From NCBI GenBank assembly GCA_018985225.1, contig JADGIF010000394.1, positions 1 through 9,428 on the forward strand: 9,428 nt of DNA, in the 5' to 3' direction. Positions 1-7,227 of this stretch are shown here, in pieces. Position 1 is the stretch's first letter; every line of letters starts with the position of its first letter. The DNA is from Amoeboradix gromovi X-113. Lineage: Eukaryota > Fungi > Sanchytriomycota. The position numbers were made by a program, and so were the translations under genes. The notes under the pieces are model-generated. The model did no database searches. It was not told the origin of the DNA and worked only from the letters and a program-made list of their open reading frames with translations.

Positions 1-1
1 C

Positions 2-621
2 TTTTGCTTAGATGCTCAAAGACCTCATATATTTGAACGAGATGCAGGGTCTTCTAGTTTTATTTTGAAGAGGGGATTGAAAGTAATGAAAGAAAACTGG
101 TATAATAAAAGATCTTTTATTAATGATAGCATTTCCTCTGTATGGAGCACCTTTAAAAACGAGTTAGTCTAGTTTTTATATTTGGTGTCCCATAATTAGA
201 AATACTGGATTTTTGCAAGCTCCTACTGCTTTTCTCTTAAATATCGTTTAGAAACTTTTCAACAGCGAAGTTTCATTCAACTTGACGCCTGAGAGAATAA
301 TTAAATCAATTTTGCTAACTGTAGAGATGCTTCGACATCAGAGCGACTTTTACGTATTTCTACCAAACTTAGCTCTATTTATGCCGGCAACTGCATGAAT
401 TTCATTAATTGGGCCATGTAAATCATTCTAGCGGTTCTCATTTTTACGAGTTTGAGAGGACTTCGATAATTCCTAAATTTACACAAACCGAATTTCAAGA
501 TGAGATTTTACATTCTAACGCAGCAAAGGTAGTGGAACTATTATTATCGAGTATTCTCCGAAATCGCGTCCTTAAGGATTTGTTAAAATGTTATTTAATT
601 CTACCCCAGATCGGAAACTGA
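2..621 (+). pseudogene. Possible 3' end of a gene or a decayed coding region
   Basis: Frame +2 is open from the window start to the TAG at 170-172, followed by further short protein-like stretches in other frames up to 621. No motif recognised. Confidence 0.2.
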
Positions 622-672
622 TGAGCATTATGTTCCGGTGAAGGGGAAGAAGGAGCACCACTGAATTTCAAA

Positions 673-1890
673 ATGAATCTATTCCTAACATTGATTATTG
701 CCCATAATTTAGCTTGTACACTTGAAGATGTCTCAAGAATTAGACCTGATGTTGTTTCAGCCGACGGTAAGAGAAACAACTTTTTTGCGGAGGATTGGCG
801 ATGCGCACACTACCTCTATTCTTCTGTTTTTTTGGGTAGTCCAGGGACTGAAACTCGGTACAAGAAGATGAATTACGAAGAAGTAGTAAGAAATATGAAC
901 GTCTTTACCTCAATGGCAGAAAATTTTCCTAATTTTGGTGCTTTTTTTGTTTACGCCTATTGTTTCCATAGCAATATTGGGCCTTTGGAATACGAGTCGC
1001 GGAGGTGCGATGAACTTTTATCATGGGAATCTTTAAAGGACAAGGACTGGTTGTACCTTCTTGCAGTGTTGGAGATAGATTATTATCCAAAACTCATTTA
1101 TGTATTGGCCCAAAAAATTACTTTCAATTCATTAAACGAGTACTATGGAGACGAAGAACATTTGATTTTAACATCTGTACATAAGCCACATAACCATTAC
1201 ATTTCTCACAATTTAGACATCATATTCAAAAGCAATACTAGAAGTTGGCGGCAGTATGCGTACCTAAGTACAGATTCTACCACACGAAGATGGTCATCCT
1301 ATTTGGTAGAAGCTGAGGTTATAAAATCCAAAGAGTACAAGCCCTATCACCATTTATATTTAGCGGCAAGCAAAGCCAACTCTGAAGTCGGCATCTCAAT
1401 TGTATCCTCATTGTATAATAGTGCAGATGTTTTGTTAATTGCGACAGAAAGACTTTCCAACAGTGATACAACAGATGCTGAATATGAATGGTATTTAGAG
1501 ATGATGAAGGCTACAATTGCGAATGAACTAAACAAAAATCTTAACACCGTTCAGACCAAGTTCTTTAATTCTTTGTTAACCCTTTGTAATAAGTATGATA
1601 CGGCAAGGCAGAATAAACATGAATTAGAGCCAATTTTTGATTCATTATTAAGGGACAAATTAAATCACCCTGCAGCAATTTACATAGTTATTAGTAAAGC
1701 CAACTTTGGGGAAAATCACTCATTGTTTCTGAGAGCGTATGTCGAAAATAACCTTGAAGAAATGTCTATGGTTTATAATGATTCAATTGATTATAAAGTC
1801 AGAAGCACGAAAAATAGTAAGCGGATCCCATTAGTGAAGAGGTCAGACTGCAAAGGTAGATTACTTTGCGCACCTTCATTTAACAGTTGA
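673..1890 (+). CDS. Uncharacterised 405-aa protein, probably secreted (signal-peptide-like N-terminus), intronless
   Basis: Uninterrupted 405-codon ORF from ATG to TGA, with a hydrophobic N-terminus MNLFLTLIIAHNLAC and an AATAAA at 1900-1905 just after the stop. No family motif recognised. Confidence 0.8.
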   Translation: MNLFLTLIIAHNLACTLEDVSRIRPDVVSADGKRNNFFAEDWRCAHYLYSSVFLGSPGTETRYKKMNYEEVVRNMNVFTSMAENFPNFGAFFVYAYCFHSNIGPLEYESRRCDELLSWESLKDKDWLYLLAVLEIDYYPKLIYVLAQKITFNSLNEYYGDEEHLILTSVHKPHNHYISHNLDIIFKSNTRSWRQYAYLSTDSTTRRWSSYLVEAEVIKSKEYKPYHHLYLAASKANSEVGISIVSSLYNSADVLLIATERLSNSDTTDAEYEWYLEMMKATIANELNKNLNTVQTKFFNSLLTLCNKYDTARQNKHELEPIFDSLLRDKLNHPAAIYIVISKANFGENHSLFLRAYVENNLEEMSMVYNDSIDYKVRSTKNSKRIPLVKRSDCKGRLLCAPSFNS

Positions 1891-1899
1891 CTTTATTTA

Positions 1900-1905
1900 A
1901 ATAAA
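1900..1905 (+). promoter_or_regulatory. Putative polyadenylation signal AATAAA
   Basis: AATAAA begins after a 9-nt gap following the TGA at 1888-1890. The context is AT-rich, so a chance occurrence is possible. Confidence 0.35.
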
Positions 1906-1939
1906 ATTAAATATAATTACATAATTTTATCATCCCAGT

Positions 1940-2288
1940 ACTACGAAAAACCCATCACTAGCAGATAGATTACATCCTTCTAAACACGAAACTGTGGTCC
2001 AAAGAATAGAAAGACTTTGCCAGAGCATAATGAGTAAATTATTAGTCAATCGTGTGCCGCTTTAAAGAAAACAACTTGGGTAGATGTAAACGTACAAAGG
2101 TGATCTAAAAGTGGATGGAGGCCATATAAGTCGCAAGGAACATCATTTGAATTACACAAAAGCTTATTCAATCTCACCTCAGGCAAGTGGAAGCATTTGT
2201 GATTATTGTTGCAGTTAAACTGGAATTTCAATTATTTGTGTGGAAATTCTTGATTTTCTGGGAAATCAGGTCTTGCGAAAGTAAAGCT
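1940..2288 (+). mobile_element. Degenerate Fanzor/TnpB-derived element, copy 1 (C-terminal coding remnant plus putative omega-RNA/right end)
   Basis: Colinear nucleotide similarity to 6814-7227. Translation with stops and frameshifts gives KTLPEHNE*IISQSCAALKKT...DLKVDGGHI/ARNII, matching KTMVECNE*FTSQTC..CGTLKKT...HLEIDRDHMAARN of copy 2. The left boundary is approximate. Confidence 0.75.
2160..2288 (+). ncRNA. Putative omega-RNA scaffold, copy 1 (guide would start at about 2289)
   Basis: Non-coding tail after the ARNII motif. Blocks 2165-2194 (25/30 identical) and 2239-2274 (33/36 identical) match copy 2. Hairpins: GAATTTC/GAAATTC (2223-2249), GATTTT-CTGG-GAAATC and TTGC-GAAA-GTAA. The 5' end is uncertain. 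Confidence 0.55.
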
Positions 2289-2432
2289 GTGACAAACACA
2301 TTCTATCAACCACCAAAAACTACCGATTTCGATGGACTAATACATAGCGATCTATCATAAGCGGAAAAATGAACTATGCTTACAGTACACCTGATAGTTG
2401 AGATATCGAAAAACACAGTATAACGACATAAA

Positions 2433-2438
2433 TTTATT
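2433..2438 (-). promoter_or_regulatory. Putative polyadenylation signal AATAAA for the Prp45 gene
   Basis: TTTATT on the + strand (AATAAA on the - strand), after a 9-nt gap following the stop codon at 2448-2450. Confidence 0.35.
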
Positions 2439-2447
2439 ATCACACCA

Positions 2448-3266
2448 CTAGTTGCTGCTGTTTTTGTTATCCTTCTCATAAATTATTCTCTGATGTAATA
2501 TCTCATTTATATTGCTGCTAGTTACATCCTCTGTATTGAAATGAATTCTGTTATCATATTGCAGAGGTTTGTCCTCCTCCTTCAACGGCTTCTTTCTTTT
2601 AAAGCGCTGCTCGCTCTGCTCTTGCTGAAACTCATCATATATATGTTTATCGCCAGCCATAATCTTTTTATTTCTAGTCAGTTCCTGCAACTCGTGTTCA
2701 ATAATTTGTTGTTGCTGCTTCAGCACCTTTTGCTCCTGTATTCTTCGATCTTTGAGCCTTTCTTTCATTTTATGATCTGCTTCATATAGCGCAGAAGCCA
2801 TCTCTCCAAATCGCTCATTCATTACCACTTCTGGCTTATTTATACTGGCCATTCGTTTATCTAAAGGAATAACAAATCCTTGGGGATTTTTGTAATTACT
2901 AACGCATGGTGGAATGTCCCACTTCTTGACTTCATCTTTGTCTACTACTATCTTGTGATCTATGCGAATCGGCTGGGCAGTATTTATTGGCAGTTTCTTT
3001 TGCTTTCCATACACTTGCAATGGATCATTCTTTGCTACTATCATGTGGGTGTTCCCGTACTGATCTTTGTAGTGCTGTATAGGTTTATCAATGGTCTGAA
3101 CTTTCAAGTACTCATTGTTTGGTTTCTTGTGGGATGTAAGCTGTTTGAATTGCTTTTCCGGTGCACGTTTAAGCTCGTTTATATCAACTTTATTCTGTTT
3201 GACTGTTAATTCCAAAGGTTTGCTAGGTGCCGGATTATTTGTATTCAATGATTTTAAAAGATCCAT
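2448..3266 (-). CDS. PRP45: Pre-mRNA splicing factor Prp45/SNW1 (SKIP), shortened and divergent
   Basis: SKIP/SNW core WDIPPCVSNYKNPQGFVIPLDKRMA (cf. WKIPPCISNWKNAKGYTIPLDKRLA), plus NDPL, the NERFGEMASALYEADHK helix and LQYDNRI (cf. QYDQRL). The ORF is open to ATG 3386. ATG 3266 (MDLLKSL) is my preferred but unproven start. Confidence 0.9.
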   Translation of the reverse strand: MDLLKSLNTNNPAPSKPLELTVKQNKVDINELKRAPEKQFKQLTSHKKPNNEYLKVQTIDKPIQHYKDQYGNTHMIVAKNDPLQVYGKQKKLPINTAQPIRIDHKIVVDKDEVKKWDIPPCVSNYKNPQGFVIPLDKRMASINKPEVVMNERFGEMASALYEADHKMKERLKDRRIQEQKVLKQQQQIIEHELQELTRNKKIMAGDKHIYDEFQQEQSEQRFKRKKPLKEEDKPLQYDNRIHFNTEDVTSSNINEILHQRIIYEKDNKNSSN

Positions 3267-3406
3267 AAACGAAACAAGGGACTTGCATGAGACCAATTTG
3301 GTATTCAGAACATACACCTTGCTTGCAGACGATACCGAGATACTCTCAAGATGGCCTGACGAACAACGCAAGCTGGTCCAATACATATTATATTAATCAA
3401 CTAATT

Positions 3407-4099
3407 TTACTTATTTTTAGCAAACCTATGGAATATCACACCTTCAATAATCCCACTCTCTTCGTGATCATTGTCCATCAACTCTTTCAACGATTTTATA
3501 TCCATTTGGAAGTAGTTTGCCAATATCTCCCTCAGTTTAACCACCCTTAGTATTGCATCCTCGTGATTTGCCACTAATCTGAAATTTCTATTTTTATTGC
3601 CTTCCTTAAAGTGCATGTGAATTGGCCATGTTTTTACGAAATCTTCTAATGTCCCCATATCCTCTTCTAATAGCATTACATCTTCATTTCTATAATGCCT
3701 GAATGGATGACCCTGGCCTATTAATATTTGTTCTACCACATTTATTATATGATGGCAAATGTGGACTTCGATCAGGTACTGCTGCCTTGCACTTATCGGT
3801 GCAGTTCTGATTCTTTTCTTTGCATAAGATACTAAATCTAGAAACTTTTCCAACCTCAAATCAGGTACAGTTGGAAAATAAAGCGTCTCTTTACAGTTAG
3901 GTGCTAGAATCTGCATAATTCGCTCACTGAAATCCTCTGCAAATACAGCACTCTCCTTATTTACTTTCATATACACACCTCTCAATATCCCGTGTAATGG
4001 ACTGTCTATAGTAGTTTTTGGACACATTTTAGATATTTTGCGACTTATCTTTATCATTCTGGTCAGCAAGTACTGATAGTTAGCATACTGCATCAATCC
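3407..4099 (-). CDS. Munc13-homology/DUF810 (PATROL1-like) protein, last exon (MHD2-like region)
   Basis: ILIGQGHPFRHYRNEDVMLLEEDMGTLEDF resembles the DUF810/MHD2 pattern VLLAGGPSRxFxxxDxxxIEEDFxxLKDLF, and the ending GIIEGVIFHR resembles LLRVLxxR. There is no convincing independent start, and it is in frame with the upstream ORF after removing 4100-4119. Confidence 0.75.
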   Translation of the reverse strand, partial: GLMQYANYQYLLTRMIKISRKISKMCPKTTIDSPLHGILRGVYMKVNKESAVFAEDFSERIMQILAPNCKETLYFPTVPDLRLEKFLDLVSYAKKRIRTAPISARQQYLIEVHICHHIINVVEQILIGQGHPFRHYRNEDVMLLEEDMGTLEDFVKTWPIHMHFKEGNKNRNFRLVANHEDAILRVVKLREILANYFQMDIKSLKELMDNDHEESGIIEGVIFHRFAKNK

Positions 4100-4119
4100 C
4101 TATGTTAATGGTTTAATAC
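4100..4119 (-). other. Candidate 20-nt spliceosomal micro-intron (GTATTAAACCATTAACATAG), phase 0
   Basis: GT...AG ends with a TTAAC branch-like motif close to the 3' AG. It contains the TAA that ends the 741-aa ORF. Removing it fuses ...EQDITT|GLMQYANYQ... in frame. Confidence 0.7.
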
Positions 4120-6309
4120 TGTTGTTATATCCTGCTCTATCCCCGTTATTTGCAGCTGACTCTGCTTATTCATTGGGTTCCGCAAATACAATTTGCAAAT
4201 TTCATAAAAGCTTGGCGACAAACTGGTGATTAAATAGTGGGCCACTTTTGTTTGTAATTGTGATACGTTTATCTTTAGTACACAGTCCACCAATCTATTA
4301 ACAAATGTGATGTATGAGTAAACACCATCGCTGGTCAAACCGCTTATCGATTCAAATGCATCCTTTAAATAGCAAGAATGTCCAATTTGAATCATGTTGT
4401 TCATCTCGCTGCTTATCCAGTTCTCCAAGCAACTAGTCAAGAACCAACTCAAATCGGGTATTTTCAGTTCCAGACAGTACTCTGAGTGGGCTCTCTCTAA
4501 GAACGCATGTATTCTCTGTAAACACGTACATGACTGATTGAATACGTCGCCAAATGCCTGTATTTGAATTGTCGGTATTTTACTGAAGACGGTCAAAATA
4601 ACGAAATCTACGTTTTTCTTCCAGAACACTTGTGGTTGTATGTAAGCCAATATGGCTTCGTATCTGACTGTCCAATCTTTGATAAGTATCGATTCCAATG
4701 TTTCTAAAAATAAGCTCAGGGTATTTTCATTAAAATCACTATTGCTCGGTCTCATCATTTCAATCAACGTATGCGTAGTTTGCTCATTGGCTTGCTTCAT
4801 CATTAAATCTATTAACTTACTAATCGAATGTTTTATCCACTCATTAGGTGCACTGCTAATGGCAGTGTTTGTGTACGTGTCATTCAACTGCCACGGGTAT
4901 TCTACTTGTAGTAGTACATCACAAGTCTGCAGATATTTGATTGTTAAATCTACAGATATGTCACTTGCAAGCTGATACTCAACCAAAACTTGTTTAAATA
5001 TCGTATTGAGGTAATATTGCACCCCCATTGGACTAATTACTGTATTTGTGCTTTTACTGTCAGTGCTGCTATTTATTACATTCAGGGATTGGTTAACTAG
5101 CTGCTCTTTGTTCTGAACTTCACTCGATAGCAGCGACAAAACTCTACTCCATGCTATAAACCGAGTATTGCAGTTGTACAGCTCGATAAACCAGCTGATA
5201 AATGAGCGATATTCGGCATCTTTACATTCCCAGCCGTTGTTATCAAACAAAGCAAGTTGTACTCTGCTTATTTCAGTCAACATAAAAAGAGGAAGAAATC
5301 CCTTTGCGCAATCTTGAGATGTAAAGTTAAACTGAAAGATCAAAGACATCCATTCCTTGAACGCATCTAGCAAAGGATCGTGGTACATTTCATCGTTGAT
5401 GGCAAGGATCAAAAGAGAGTTGCAACTATTTATCAAATCGTTGAATCTTGATTCCACCTGTGCATCTTGGAGAGAGCCCAACAAAAACACAGTTTTTTCA
5501 ATCAAAATGCAAAATAATAACCTGTACTGTCTAGCACACCAGTCTCTGTTGGATTTGAAATTGTAAATTAATATGAACTTTAAAAGAAAAGGATCCTTAT
5601 TGAGTACAACATGACTCATCAGAATATCTACGAACTCCTGAATGGTGGAATTTGCTGTATTTTGAATATCAGTAGTTGAAAGATCATCCAAGTTGTTTAA
5701 AGGAACAATTGAATAATATTCTGCCAACTCAATTGACTTTTTTTTATTTATACCATAATGAAGCCTTAATTTATCACTAATTACATATTTGATGTTAAAT
5801 AGAGGTTTATTGAACAGTAATAAACCCAATAACAGCTCAAAAGTGCCTAATTGAACATCTTTTGTTGATAAAAAACAAATTTTATATAGGTTGTAGTTTT
5901 TACATTTACCATAGTCAAGGAGGACAGACAAAACGTTAAGATCGTTAAGAGTAGTAACAGGCGTATTGTCAGTATCTGTAGCCGTAACATTGGTTAATAG
6001 AGGGTCAATTTTTTCTTTTTCAAACAATTTGGATTGGGAGCTTTGTAAAGGTGCAGGAAACCAAGAAGAAGGAATCACAAACTTGTCATTAAATTTCGCA
6101 AGACTAATTAGTTCTCTGTAGCTGATCCTTATGTCATTGAGATCAAAACCTGGTGGGATCGAGGTTTGTTGAATTTGAATGCATTTTAATAACAGCGTTT
6201 TAGCCATTTCATTTAATAAATCTACATCAGATTCTGCCTTGTTATCTTGTTTAGCAGAATCTAGTTTAATAGAGCCTCTACGCGCAGAATTCTTGGTTTG
6301 AATATCCAT
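4120..6309 (-). CDS. Munc13-homology/DUF810 (PATROL1-like) protein, main exon (spliced product about 960 aa from ATG 6309)
   Basis: Long helical ORF. Motifs recalled as PATROL1/DUF810-like: IQQTSIPPGFDLNDI, LSTKDVQLGTFELLLG, PFLLKF...DWCARQYRLL, and the MHD1-like LENWISSE...LKDAFE...SDGVYSYITFVN. ATG 6309 is the first in-frame ATG, but additional upstream exons are possible. Confidence 0.75.
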
Positions 6310-6330
6310 TGAGTGGAACACTACAGACAC

Positions 6331-6734
6331 TAGTCAAACTCTTTGAAACAGATGTCTCAAAAAGGTGGCCAAGAGGAAAATCTACATTTTCTATAAACAT
6401 GCTTCATGCTAGTACGGATTACTAATAATCTTCTCTAGCAGTCTAGCCTTTCAACATAGCTAAGTAGGCTTTTATAGCTTGAAGATTTATATGATATGTA
6501 TCCGCATTTGTATCCACGACTAGAACACCGTGGATAAGCTGAAATAGCCTTGGGCTTATACAATATCTTTCAATGCACTTATACTGTAGTTCTCGGACAT
6601 TCAAGGCAATCTCTGGGGATTGCAGCTCGATTATTTTCTTGAATAAATCATTTACCGCGAATTTGTATGCATTTTTGTATAATTTCAAGACTTTTCCAGA
6701 TTTCCCAATAGCTTAAATACTCGATATTCTTCAT
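6331..6734 (-). pseudogene. Coding-like but interrupted segment: either upstream micro-intron-split exons of the DUF810-like gene or a decayed gene fragment
   Basis: The 81-aa ORF 6443-6688 has only a TTG start. The same frame resumes after TAG/TAG/TAA/TGA as MFIENVDFPLGHLFETSVSK. Several 19-21 nt GT-AG intervals could restore continuity. Confidence 0.3.
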
Positions 6735-6813
6735 TTTCGCAAATGATATAAGGAATCAATGGACGTAATCCCGAATATGTCAAATCTAAAGAAATAACTA
6801 GCAGGTACAGCAT

Positions 6814-7127
6814 ACAAAGACATATGATCTTATATACTTACCATCGTTTAATACTAGCCAAATGATAAGTAGCTTGTCGAGCAATTCGGAAGAAATATGG
6901 CCACAATGTCCCATTACACATTCAAGGAACGCTTGAAGTTCAAATGTAAACAAAGAGGAAAGACGATGGTCGAATGCAATGAATAATTTACTAGTCAGAC
7001 ATGTACAAGGTGTGGTACTCTAAAGAAAACCAACTTAGAAACCTGAACCTGTAACAATTGTCATTTGGAGATAGATAGAGACCATATGGCAGCAAGGAAC
7101 TCCATATTCAATCCCGCCTCAGGGTAG
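6814..7127 (+). pseudogene. Fanzor2/IS607-TnpB-like nuclease C-terminal pseudogene fragment (RuvC-II, zinc ribbon, RuvC-III), copy 2
   Basis: TKTYDLIYLPSFNTSQMISSL, a frameshift near 6885, then RNMATMSHYTFKERLKFKCKQRGKTMVECNE*FTSQTCTRCGTLKKTNLET*TCNNCHLEIDRDHMAARN. It contains SHYxFxxRL, ExxTSxxCxxCG, CxxC and DRDxxAARN. Stops at 6984-6986 and 7044-7046. The N-terminal part including RuvC-I is absent. Confidence 0.9.
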
Positions 7128-7227
7128 TGAAAGCGTGAGCAGTCACTGTAACGGAGCATCTAGCATTGCTAGTTTCTCTGTGGAAATTCTCGATTTTCTC
7201 GGAAATCAGGACTTTTAACGTGAAGCT
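7101..7227 (+). ncRNA. Putative omega-RNA scaffold/right end, copy 2 (guide would start at about 7228)
   Basis: Lies directly downstream of the DRD..AARN motif and shares conserved blocks with 2165-2288. Hairpins: CTAGCA-T-TGCTAG (7160-7172), AGTTTC/GAAATT and GATTTT-CTCG-GAAATC. Similarity to copy 1 stops after AAGCT. Confidence 0.6.

Noticed and set aside
591-2231. Minus-strand ORFs 591-779, 1347-1547 and 2046-2231
   Set aside because: Short and antisense to the 405-aa ORF or to the Fanzor remnant.
2541-3550. Plus-strand ORFs 2541-2789, 2880-3209, 3115-3396 and 3287-3550
   Set aside because: Largely antisense shadows of the Prp45 and DUF810-like genes. Their hydrophobicity reflects Lys/Gln/Glu-rich codons on the other strand.
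4652-5566. Plus-strand ORFs 4652-4975 and 5357-5566
   Set aside because: Antisense to the long DUF810-like exon, with no motifs.
1957-6804. ACTAGCAG near the start of both remnants (1957-1964 and 6797-6804) as a conserved left end
   Set aside because: Only 8 bp long, and the copy 1 motif aligns equally well with the internal CCATC...ACTAGC coding sequence at 6841-6858.
6984-6986. Host genetic code with TAA/TAG read as Gln (as in some aphelids and ciliates)
   Set aside because: The long host ORFs (405, 741 and >550 codons) contain many CAA/CAG Gln codons and no internal TAA/TAG, and genes appear to end in TAG, TAA and TGA. The standard code fits.
2239-7227. The ~50-nt repeat pair as a CRISPR array or LTR pair
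   Set aside because: Only two clear copies, about 4.9 kb apart and enclosing ordinary host genes. Each is attached to its own TnpB-like remnant, and there are no cas or retroelement genes.
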